Source: Blastocladiella emersonii ATCC 22665 (taxonomy: Eukaryota > Fungi > Blastocladiomycota). From it: 64,000 nt of DNA. Position numbers and translations under genes: made by a program. Position 1 is the stretch's first letter, and the number at the start of each line of letters is the position of its first letter. The notes beneath the pieces were generated by a model, which worked only from the letters and a program-made list of their open reading frames with translations, was not told the DNA's origin and did no database searches. Below, piece after piece: positions 34,716 to 45,672 of the stretch. The DNA lies in NCBI GenBank assembly GCA_025594325.1, contig JANHCV010000015.1:868001-932000 (forward strand), written 5' to 3'.

Positions 34716-36040
34716 ATGGAAAACACGCGGCCACTTCTTGCATTGCCCGACTGCTTGATCGAGCGCATCTTGTGTCACGCCGTTTGGTCAGCGGACCCGG
34801 ACGACGTCAATAAGATGCTCGAGTACCTCCGCGTCCTGCCGCGCGCGCGCATGCCGTGGGTCCGCCGTGCCTTCGAGATCCACGTCTTTTCGATCTCCAT
34901 GGACGAGGCCAGCGCGACGGACCGTCTCAATGTGCTCGATGCCTGGCGCCGCTCCGGCCGCCCGCTTGAGTACTCTGCGTCCGCAATCTATCGCGCGGGC
35001 TGGTCCTACGCGACACTCGACTGGTGGCGCCGTTCTGGACTTTGCGTTCCCGCGTGCAGGGTTGATCCAAAGGTATTCGTCCACTTTAATGGGAGTACCG
35101 AGGATGACGCGAGCGGCGACGAGCTTGACCGCGAATATGTGCGTCATCTCCCCGCACATGAGCACGAGGGGTCGGTCACTTTACTGACAGGGCACGTTCG
35201 CCCGTTCTGTACACCGTACAGTGGATCGAGCACTCGAGTATCCCACCCGGAGACGACTTCTTTGGCATCAACATGACGGACGTGCGCACGGGCTCTCTGA
35301 CCGAGATCGAGTGCACTGGGACCCGCATTTCCGAGGTTGGCGCCGCCCTTCTCGCTGATGCCATGTCGGAGCTCACGGCTGAGGTCACCTCCGTCGAGCT
35401 CATTTGCTGCGACATCACCTACCCAGTCCTACTTGCACTGCGGCTCCCCGGCTCTGTCACTGAACTCAAGCTCGACCACAATTTTGTGAGCGAGGGCGCG
35501 TCGGACCTTTTCGATCCTGACTCCAGCAATTCGCCGTTCCCCGACGGCCTCCGGTTTCTCAGCATGTCAAAAGTTGCGCTTGGATCTCTAGACGACGTTG
35601 AGGCCCTGTTCCATTCTCTGCCGCCAACACTCCAGCGCCTCGATCTCTCAGGGACCACACTTGGCCTGGAGTACTCGCAGGCGATTGCTCGAAACCTGCC
35701 CGAGGAGTTGGCCGAGCTCTCACTCGTGGAATGCGAGATCGACGCGACCTCGCTGGGAGAAATCGTGTCACTCTTGCCCAAGGCCCTGACCCACTTGGAC
35801 TGCTCCAAGAACCGGCTGGGAGACCGAGGCCTTGTCGCTTTGTCGCGTGGCTTCCTTCCAAGCCTCCAATTTTTGTTTGCCGACGAAATTGGTGCAACCT
35901 TCACTGGCATCAGTACCTTCCTTGGCCGCATTCCGCCGAACCTCAAGCGACTTAGTCTGAAATCGGCACCGCTGAGCCAAGCCGAGATGGAAAGTCTTGT
36001 CAAGCCGGTCTCACCTACGCTTGAACAATTTCTCTGCTGA
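34716..36040 (+). CDS. LRR family copy 4 (F-box-like, ankyrin-like and LRR; 2 exons)
   Basis: MENTRPLLALPDCLIERILCHAVW…MDEASATDRLNVLDAWRRSG…LDWWRRSGL, an acidic linker, a probable intron ~35139-35221 and RNI-type LRRs. The C-terminal stop may be premature. Confidence 0.8.
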
Positions 36041-36499
36041 TTGCACGCAAGAAACTCGGTCGTAATGCGCACAGCTTCACGTCCGGACTCTCAACCAAAG
36101 CAGTCCTTTCCCGACTAGATTTGACCTTTGTAACGCACTGCTGAGTTTGATTCAAAACCCTGTGCCGATCATTCCGCTACACCGATTCTTGCCCGGATAC
36201 GAGGGTAAGGGACGGACGGGCGGCCTTACGCGCTGCGCCACACCACGTGCGTGGCTCGAGTCGTGCGCCACGCGTCGTACTCGCGTCGTACTCGCGGCGG
36301 TGTTAGCGGACAGACGGTATTTAGCACAGAGACCAGCAACACGCGGGAAGCAACTTGACAGGAATACTTAGCAGCACTGTACGTTTGGGCTTTCAACTTA
36401 GAGCTAAAGCCGGCGCCACGTAGGGCGCTCAAGCACCATAAGTGTTGCAATGCCTGGCCTGAACGTTCTCGCGTTGCTTCAGTTGGATCTAGGATTTAA

Positions 36500-37090
36500 G
36501 AAACAAAGAAACTATGATTGCTTGGCGCAAGAACATAAATTTGTGGTTCTTTCGAAAACAGAAAAAGGTAGTCCCGGTCGACCCCCCTGGGTAAGGATTC
36601 GAACGCGGAAACTAACCTCTAGAACTCATCCGACGCCGATCCACCACGCGCTCGGCAACAACAATCAAACAACTGCGGCCTTATTCTGTAGTGCGCAAAC
36701 GTCCGAAGTGAATCGTGCACCAATGGACGCGCGGACGTGTTATCGACCGTCGCTCGAGCGGTGTGCCGTCGCAGTCCAAGGCGAGAGCGCCTGTCCGAAG
36801 CGAGCCGAAGTCACTTTACTGCCACTAAACCATACCACGAAGTTAACAACCGCGCACGTTGGAGGTTTGAAATTGCGGTACGTGGCTTAACCCGCTCGTG
36901 GACGCTGGGCGATGTTGTGATACAACGGCATCGGTCTTGGCAACTGATCGGAGTGTGTCCCAAAGTGGGGCGGGCGCACCGAGCTGCAAGCCCCGCCCGT
37001 CGTGAGCACAGCTTTGAGAAATCACGGCGTACAGTTGAAACGATCAGCTGGGGCGGACGCGGCGGGAGAAGGAGGAGCTCACTACAGTGG
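36500..37090 (-). repeat. Right copy of the degenerate inverted repeat
   Basis: The reverse complement aligns with 28275-28850 at blocks including tatcaca.catcgc, gccacg, ttaactt, gcgct.tcgcct, gcgacgg, ttggtgca, acagaataa, gcgtggtggatcggcgtcg, ggttagtt, caggggg and a terminal T-run. Confidence 0.85.
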
Positions 37091-37138
37091 CTGACTGGAA
37101 CAAGATTCGCTAAAGTGTAGTTTAGATTGCAATACATC

Positions 37139-39197
37139 TTACCACCGACACACACCCTCCTCAGCTTCACCCACGGCCTTGTTGACCTCGTTCGGGAACA
37201 CGCACTCGTTGTCCAGGCGCGGCACAGCAGCCGCGCCATCGGACACCGACCCCGTGGTCTTGAGGCCCTCGTCCTCGTCAACGACGCGCGCCTTCTTGTG
37301 CTTGCGCAGCTCGTCCTTGTCCGAGTCTGGGTTCGTCGACGCGACCGCCGACGCGACCGTGTCCTTGTCCTCGGTCGAGTCGGCCTGGTTCGAGTCGGCC
37401 TGGTTCGAGTCGGCCTCGACCTTGGCAGCCACCGCGGGCATCACCGCTCCCGCCGCCGCGAGCCTGCGCACCGTGTCGTAGGTCTCGCTCACAATCTTGG
37501 CTACGCTGCGGCGCAGCTCCTGCAGGACCTTCTCGAGGTTGTCGCCCTTGTTGATCTCGGGCTGGTCGAGCTGGTCGAGCCACGCATCGGCGATCGTGAA
37601 CGCAATCGACGCCTCGTACAGCACGAGCCCCGGGTGGTTGTCGACCAGGTAGCCGAGGATGGTCTCGCGCGTCGGCTCGACGCCCGGGATGCGCGTCACG
37701 TTGTCCAGAAGGAACTTGGAGAACTTCTCGGGGAGTTGTGGCGGGGTGTTGGGCATGGGGAGCGGCGGGATCGGCTTGCTGAGGCACACGTGCGTGATGG
37801 CCCGCGTGTGCTGGTTGAGCTTGACGACGCCGGCGGCCACGAGGTGCTTGACGGCGGCGACCATGACCTTGGGACGCGCGAAGCAGCTTCTTGTCGTTGA
37901 TGAACTGGGTGGTCTTGCTGACGGGCTTGTTGCCCTGGTGCGCGATGAAGTTGGCGAGGATCTGGCGGATAAACTCGAGCATGTTGCCGTGGTGCGCGCG
38001 GCGGTGCGTCGGTCGGTGCAGCGGGTTGAGGGGGAGGGGGGGCATCATCTTGAGGATCCAGTAGGCGGGCTCGTAGATTGGGCGTAGCCGGCAGCCGATC
38101 TCGCGCGACACGTGCGCGTCGAACGCCGAGTACAGAAGCTGCTCCAGGAACCACCTGCGCGGGTCCAGGTCCCAGTCGGACAGGGTGAGGATCCCGGACT
38201 TCCACCCGGCGCCGAGCTTCGCGTACGTGGGCCCGTCCCCGATGCCGACCATGGCGTTGACCGAGTACGTGAACTCGGGCAGCGTAGCCGGGTCGCGGTG
38301 GAAGTGTCTGCAGTCGACGTAGTCACAAAGGTGGAGGTTGAGGCGGCCGATGCCCTCGTAGTGGAGCGACTTGTTGCCGCCGGATTCGACGAGATCAGCG
38401 TCGCACCACGGGCGCAGGTCGGCTGGCACGTCAGCGCCCGCCTGGTGTAGCACCGAGTGCTCGTCCATGAGGGTCGTGAGCAAGTAGGTGAGGTTCTCGA
38501 GTCCGTTCTCGAGCTTCCACCGCTGGGTCACGATGCGGTTGACGTCGAGGATGCGGGCTGGGTTGAGCACGATGCCGGTCGGTGCCAGCGCCTTGATGTC
38601 GCGCTCGAGCCCGACACCCACGAAGTAGACGTCGCCGCGGGCGAAGAACGCCTTGAGCTCGGGCGGAACCCTCTCGCCCTCGACCATGACAAGCCAGTAC
38701 ATGGGGAGCACAACGACAAACTTCTTGGACGCGAGCTGGAGCACGGACGGAAACCCGCCCTCCTCGCGGCGCCGGTTGTCCTGCTCAGCGTCGAGGCCAA
38801 TGTAGCGGTTGCGGCGCGACGTGGGTGCGACGCACTCGAGGAGAACCGGGGCGGGCTCGCGGTCGGGTACGGGTACGTGTGGGGTCGAGGATGAGGAAGA
38901 CGCGGCCGACGATGATGAGGCTGACGCGGCAGCCGAGGTCTCGGACAGGGTGTCGGGTGCCGAGCACGAGCCGCCGCCGCTAGTGCTTGTGGTGGTCGGC
39001 GTCGCCGACCGCTTGCGCTTGCGCTGCGCGTCCTCGTCGTCATCGTCCGGCTTGACCATGGGCTCGAGCGCGTCCTCGAGCGAGTCCTCGTAAAGCTGTT
39101 CCAGCGCCTCGCCCAGGCCGACCAGCGACGTCAGGACCATGACGTTGACGTTCATGCGCTCGCCGTCTCGGTTGACCGTAAAGGATGCGCGGAGCAT
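37139..39197 (-). CDS. WRN/EXD-like DEDDy 3'-5' exonuclease with apparent +1 frameshift before its C-terminal region
   Basis: ExoI YIGLDAE, VLQLAS, ExoII VGVGLERDIKAL and ExoIII LSDWDL…QLLYSAFDA. Removing one C at ~37871-37873 gives LLRASKVMVAAVK and joins the 241-aa ORF. Confidence 0.8.
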
Positions 39198-40913
39198 GGT
39201 GAAGAAGAAAGCAGGTCCAGATCGGCGTGTACTAGACGATCCGGCGGCGTCCGTGAGATGGCGGGTGTCTCGGCGTCTGCGCAGGGAATGCGGCCGTACA
39301 TGTTGCAGTTGCAAGAAGGACGTTGTAGTGGTACACGGGGTTGTTCTTGGACGGCTTGCTTCGTTCTCTAGGTGCTATCATGCGTCATGCGACGGACGCT
39401 AAGTGAAAGGAGGGCTGCGAGGAGAGCTGCGAGGAGCCCCTTCGACGGGCGAGCGGGACCGACGCACCCGAACGCGTCGCGGTGCGGTCACGTTGGTCCG
39501 ACGCGCCGCGCTGCGGTCACGTTGCTGCGACGCGCCTCCATTTTTTTTCCGCCACCCGGTCTCCGAGTCGCGCCGCGGCGCGGATTCCTCACCCGAAATG
39601 GCCATGACCATGCAAGTCTCGCCAACCCAACCCCATGCAATGTATTCGCCGTCCCCCGATGGCCCCTGCGACCGGCCTGTCGGCCCGTCGTCGTTTTCCT
39701 CGTCGTGCCGCTTTCCGTGACCGGAATCCCGGCACTTGAGACTTTGGCTTAGCAGCGGCGGCGGCAGCGGCGCGCCCGATCCCCACCCGGCTCTACGCTG
39801 TCATGCAATCCGTGCATCCTTTGCCCCTCGTGAACACCATGCGCGGCCACACTCGACCATGGCTTCGCTCGCTCGGGTCGACGCCGAACTGCTTCTCGCG
39901 CATCCCCATGGGCGCTTCACCTTTCCGCGGTAGCAGCTCAATCTCATGTATCCGCCTCAATGTAATCCAGTTCCACGGCAGCAAGGCCGCGGTCGCTCGG
40001 CGCCCGGCCTCACTCTTCGCTCTGGCTTCAACGTGCCCGTCACGATCACGATCACGATCACGCTCACGCCCGTGAAATCCGAACCCTCGCGCCCTGATTT
40101 TGCTGCCGTCTCGCACATCTCCCGCGTCCAGAGTCCATTAAGCCTTCCGTCTTAGTCTCGGACTGGTACCTTTGCCTCATCTCATGCCGGCTGTACCAAG
40201 AACCGGCGCAACCTTCGACTGGTCGCGGCATCGACCTGACTGTTCCCGCTTCGGATGCCACAAGATCGCTCATACAGCTCCCAGTTCCGCCTCGAGATTC
40301 TGCTGGTGCGGGTGTTCCGTATCCGTATTTCCACATCTCCGTTTACTAACACCCCGCAACCACTAGTCCTCGAATCCTTTGCTGCGCTGTTTCCTGTGCC
40401 TGGTGGTTTGGTCGCGTCTCCGATTGTTATCTCCGATTGCGCTCTGTAGTTCATGGCAGCAGCAGCGTCACCGCCGCCGCCGGTCCGACTGGTCTTTGGT
40501 CCCCTGCCCTTGTTACTACGTTAGCTTCGCTTCGGCATTCCAAGGTTTACACAAGGCTCCGTGTAGAAAACAAGTTTTCCTCAAAGCATCCTGTACCGTA
40601 TTGACCAGGACCGGTCTGATCACGCCTGGAACGCGATTGACGCGCGAGCTCAGTTGGTTTCCAGGCCAGGCGGAATTCACCGCCGCCACCCTGTCATCCT
40701 CACGAACAAACCTCCAATAACTTATCAACGACTTTTTTGAGGGCGCGGGGTGGGCGCTGGAACGCACGGTTTCAGGCTGACCAGCCGCTCGAGGGGCGAC
40801 GACGCGCCGCGCCACGTCGTGACGCGAGCCGCCCCGAGAGCCGCCGTGGCGCTCCGACCTTCCCTCCCTCGCCACGAACCATCACCCAAACGCGACGGAC
40901 ACGACTAGATGCA

Positions 40914-42844
40914 ATGATTAGTGGGATGCAGAACCTCTACTTTGACACGCTTTGCGACCTGGTCGGGTGGACTTACGATGCCGACCTGCACGCGCCGCTC
41001 GTTCCCAAGGTCCCGCTCCCTCGTGCCGCGGCCCGTCGGCTTGCGCAGCACCGCCGAAAGCTTCTCGTTTGTCACGACATGATGGGCGGGTACACGGCCG
41101 AGGACCGTAGCGTTGACGGCGGGAGCGCTGAGACGGGGTTCACGTTGCACGCCACGGCCGCCGTCGACATCTTTGTCTAGTACGGGAGCTCTTCTCGCAA
41201 AATATTTGCACGAAAAACGGTATCTGACGCGCATGTGGTCTCGTGTAGCTTCTCACACCACCGTATTACTGTCCCGCCTGTGCAGTGGACCAATCTCGCA
41301 CACCGCAACGGAGCCTTGTCGCTCGGCACGATCATCTTTGAGTGGAAGGAGGCCGTCCCGGACCTGATGCGCTTCATGTACGGCGAACCGGGTGTCGCGC
41401 TGCTCTCTGAACCAGCAGACAAGCCGCGGTCGCTCCCGCCCCTTGACTTCACAGTATGCGACCGTATCGTCGCCCTGACCGAGGCGCTGCAACTCGACGG
41501 CTGGCTGCTCAACATCGAGGTCCCGCTGCCAGGCGGGCCAGCGCAGGCGCGCGACCTGGCGGTGCTCGTCGGGTACCTCACCACGGCGCTGCACCGCTCC
41601 CGCACCACGTCGCCTCACCGCCCCGTACTCATCTGGTACGATGCCGTCACGGCCGACAATGGCCATCTCGCGTGGCAGGACGGCGTGACACCGCGCAACG
41701 CCCGCTTCCTCGACGTCGCTTCCGCCGTGTTCACCAACTACACGTGGACGCCGGATCATCTTCAAACGACCACGGCGGGGGCTGCGGCAGTACCGTCGGT
41801 GCAGGCGCGCCGCCACGAGGTCTTCACCGGCATCGACGTCTTTGGCCGCAACATGCACGGCGGCGGCGGTGCGGATGGGACACACGTCGCGCAGCGATGC
41901 ATCACGGCGGCCGGTACGTCCACGGCCCTCTTCGCGCCCGGCTGGGTCTATGAAAATGCGCCGCAGCGCGACGCGTGGATGGACGTCGAGGCTGCGCTTT
42001 GGGCGCCGTTTCTCGAGGCGTTTGACAATCCGGACAACGGTCATTGGGTCGCGGATGACGAGGGCCAGTTCAACACTTACTTTTCGACCGCTTTCGGAAG
42101 CCTCTTTGCCCTCGATGGCGAGGTACTCGTGCTTGTTAACTACCTGCTACCCTCAACTCACCGTGGCCCGACCTGTAGATCCGATCCACGCGGCCGTGGG
42201 TCAACCACAGCCTGCAGACTCCGCTCCCGCTTTCGCTGTTCACGGACCGCAACCACGTCCGCCTCGACACGTCTGCCGCCTACTTTGGTGGCAGTTGCCT
42301 CACCCTCGCTTCGGATTTCGCGCTGCGGCTTCCTTTCGTACCCGCGCAGCTCCACGACGACACGATCGGCTGGATCGTCTACCGTCCAATCAACGAGTCT
42401 TCGTCAGTCGACGTAACCATGACCGTGTCCATCTTCGACCGCGAGCTCGGCGGCACGCGCAAGCTTCACACATCAACAGTCGACTCGAGCCCGGTTCAGC
42501 TCAAACACGGATGGCAACTCGCGCGGCTTCCGCTTCGTGAGGCCGGCGCGCAGTGTTCGCTGCTCGAGATCACTATCTGCGCTACGGGCGACGTTCGCCT
42601 CGGCCAGCTCGCGCTCCACCGCCCATCTCTCGCCGCGGCCCCGATCGAGTTCATAGACCTGCCGTCGCGCCAAGACTTTGCCCTCCTGTCCGCGCAGTTC
42701 CCGCCGGGCACGCCCGCACTCGTCGTGTCGCGCAAGACGGGCGAGCTCGAGCGCGTTGTCGTTCAGGACGTCGGCGACGCGGTTGAAGGCGACAGTGAAC
42801 TGAGTATCGAGTGGCACCCGTTTTGGAAATCGCTGTCGTATTGA
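40914..42844 (+). CDS. Cytosolic endo-beta-N-acetylglucosaminidase (GH85, ENGase; 3 exons)
   Basis: LLVCHDMMGGY, VDIFVY|FSHHRITVPP, AHRNG…LGTIIFEW, catalytic DGWLLNIE, LIWYDAVT, FTNYTW, GIDVFGR and ALFAPGWVYE. Introns at 41180-41248 and ~42123-42177. Confidence 0.93.
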
Positions 42845-42882
42845 GCTTCTCTTCATTCATATACCACTTTATTGCAACACGA

Positions 42883-44573
42883 TCACCGTGGCCGCCGGGG
42901 TCGCTCACTCGCGCCTTGCCGCCGCCATGCGGCGCGGATCGACTCGGGCGTGGCGAGCGCGTACGGCTTGACGGCGTTGGCGCGAAGTCGCGGGAGAGCT
43001 GCTGGTACTGGTTCAGCAGCATGGTACGCGTACGCGGCCGCGGTGGGCGAGCTTGGTGGAGGCGAGGGGGTGCCGAACAGCTCGCGTTCCAGGGCGCGCC
43101 GCTCAGCCTCGGCGGCGTCAGCGTCGAGTTCGGGTTGCTCGAGCGGGACCGTGACCTCTTCAAACTCGTCCTCGTCGTCGCTCGGCAACCCACCAACCGC
43201 GTCCCAGTCGTCGTCCTCCTCCTCGCCTTCATCGCTGTCCTCATCCCACGCGAGCACCTGCTCGGGCTCCTGCACCACCACCACCGTCTCCTCTTCCTCC
43301 TCGCGCACCGGCTGGAGCAACGAGCACCCAATTGCCTCGGCCTGCGTGACGAGCCCCTTGACCGCGGCGCGCCACCGCGCGACCCTGCGCCGCGCGTCGT
43401 CCGCGTCCGGTGCAAGCCCGCGCTCGAGCTCGTCGAGCTGCGGCGCGATCGTCAGGAGCGCGACGCGGTACTCGCGGTCGACTTCGGCGAGCAGCGCCGG
43501 TGCGATATCACGCGCGACGCCCGCGATCGCGTCCGGGATCGACACGTCCAGGCGGTACGTCGTGGACCCGAGCCCGAGCGACGCGGTGATGGCGCCGTAT
43601 GTCGGGACGGCTGCCGTCGGGTCGGCCTCGGCGCGCGCGAACAGGTCGTCGAGTGTGGTGGTGGTACCGCTGCCGGAGCCGGTGGATGAAGAGTGGAGCG
43701 TTGGGACGGCCAGGTGCACGGCGGCCTGGAACCGCGAAATGAAGGCGTCCAAGTCCGCTGCCGCATCGGTGACGCGCTCGGCAGCAGCGGCGTGAGACTC
43801 GCGTAGCGCGACTTCCGCTGCAAAAACAGCTGCATCGGCGTCCGCGCGCTCCTGGCGCTGCGGCGCGAGGTCCACGCCGAGCGAGGTTCCAAGCGTCTCG
43901 ACGAACAGCGTGAGCTCCGGGTGCTCGGCGGCAAACTCGGTCTCCCACCGCGCAACCGTACTCAGCGCCATTTCGCGAAGCCGGCGCGCCGTAGCCACGG
44001 GCGGCGGGAGGACCGACTCGGCGGGCGTGCGGGCCACGTCCGACCCGGGTGGCGCAATGGTGTACGTCGCGAGATCGCGGAGGTAATTAGTGCAGAAGAT
44101 GGTGCGCGCGAGCTCGGACCGGGTGAAGAGCATGTCGATGAGGAGGAGGGCGGCGAGGCGAGGGGTCGAGGACGGTTTGCGCGCGAGACCGACTGACACG
44201 ATGCAGGCGAGTGCTGCGGTCAGGTCGGCGTCGTCGGAGCGGCATCGGCGCTTGAGCAGCTACACTCTCCGGACTGTAAGCTTCTCGCTGTGAAGACGGC
44301 GACGAGAAAGCGGACCTTGAGGTCATCGGGCGAAAACTCGTCAAGCGACGTCGCGCCGCAGTCGACGAGGCGGCGGACACACTTGGTGATGGGCTCAGGC
44401 TCCTTGGCCGCTTCGGCCTCGGCAACGGCGTCGGCGTGATGGCTCGAGGACTCGCGAGGGCGACGGCGCCCGCGCCCGCGACCGCGGAAGCCTCGAGATG
44501 GAGCCGGTTCCACCGCCGCAGCAGCTGCACCGCCACGCGCACGCCGCCGAGATGGCGGGATGGGAATGTTCAT
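42883..44573 (-). CDS. UVSSA: UV-stimulated scaffold protein A homolog (VHS-like N-terminal domain; 2 exons)
   Basis: Intron 44315-44260 gives DDLK|LLKRRCRSDD…RLAALLLIDMLFTRSE…LPPPVATARRLRE…RWETEF, matching UVSSA 'LKKICKSSE…RLSAFQIVEELFVRSH…LPPPREAAQRLRQ'. Confidence 0.75.
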
Positions 44574-44775
44574 GGTTGATTCATTGCGGTGCAGGCCGGG
44601 GAGAGAGAGAGGACGCCGAGAAGAGTCGAGACAGACTCACATCGCTCGCCGCCGCAGTACCCTCTCCACAGCGACTATGTACGCTGATGCAGCTGATGCC
44701 ATGAAGAGACCCGACTCGGCGCAACGGATCAAGCGCTGACTCGCGCAATCTTCGAGCGGTCTCAGACGCAATATC

Positions 44776-45540
44776 ATGATGTCGGCCTCAACTGGACGCA
44801 AGCAGCAGCAGCGGAACCCGCGCACCGGCGGTGGCAAGGACCGGGACGGCGGCAGCAGCCCGCACGACGTGCAGCTGTCCAAGCTCATGTCGTTTGCGCT
44901 GCGGCACGGCGCGAGCGAGCTTGGGCTGACCATGGCGGCGGATGGATACGTCGCCGTGGACGAGCTGGTGCGTTTTTGCTCCTGTCGCGGCGATCACCCA
45001 CCCTGCACTGACCGCGTTCCCCGAGAGTAGCTCGCGCTGCCCAAGTTCCGCAAGTACACGCTCGGCTCGGTGCAGCAGGTAGTGGCCACCAACGACAAGC
45101 AGCGTTTCGCGCTACGCGAGGACGCGGCGACGGGCGCGTGGTACGTGCGGGCGAACCAGGGCCACTCGCTCGCGTCGGTGACGCAGCTCGAGCTGACGCC
45201 GCTGACCGAGGCCGCGGGCAACATCCCGGCCGTGGCGGTGCACGGCACGACGCGCGCGGCGTGGGCGCTCATCGCGCGCGACGGGCTGCGGGTGATGCGG
45301 CGGCACCACGTGCACTGCGCCAAGGGCCTGCCGGGTGCGGACGGCGTTGTGTCGGGCATGCGGCGGTCGAGCGAGGTGCACGTCTACGTCGACGTAGCGC
45401 GCGCCGTGCGCGACGGCATGTCCTGGTTCGAGAGTGCCAACGGCGTCGTGCTCTCGGCCGGGTTCGACGGCGTCATCCCGCCCAAGTACTTTGCCCGCGT
45501 CACGGACGGACAGGGGCGGCCCATGTCCCTCGATGCGTAA
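44776..45540 (+). CDS. TPT1: tRNA 2'-phosphotransferase (KptA/Tpt1)
   Basis: LSKLMSFALRHG, NDKQRF, VRANQGHS, VHGTT, RHHVH, SGMR and SANGVVLS. Intron 44968-45030. Confidence 0.95.
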
Positions 45541-45672
45541 TACAACCGCAGTCCTGTGCGCCCATTATTCGCGTCTTCCTGTCTGAGCAAGCTCTCAAAC
45601 CACGCCAAGTCCTTGTCCTAGCATATGCTGTATTTATGATAGTTCTATCGCAAAACCACCAAGACCTCCACC

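Noticed and set aside
28246-37132. TTGCAA on both outer flanks as a target-site duplication
   Set aside because: It is only 6 bp and palindromic, the left copy lies inside the GPCR coding sequence, and the element ends are not defined precisely enough.
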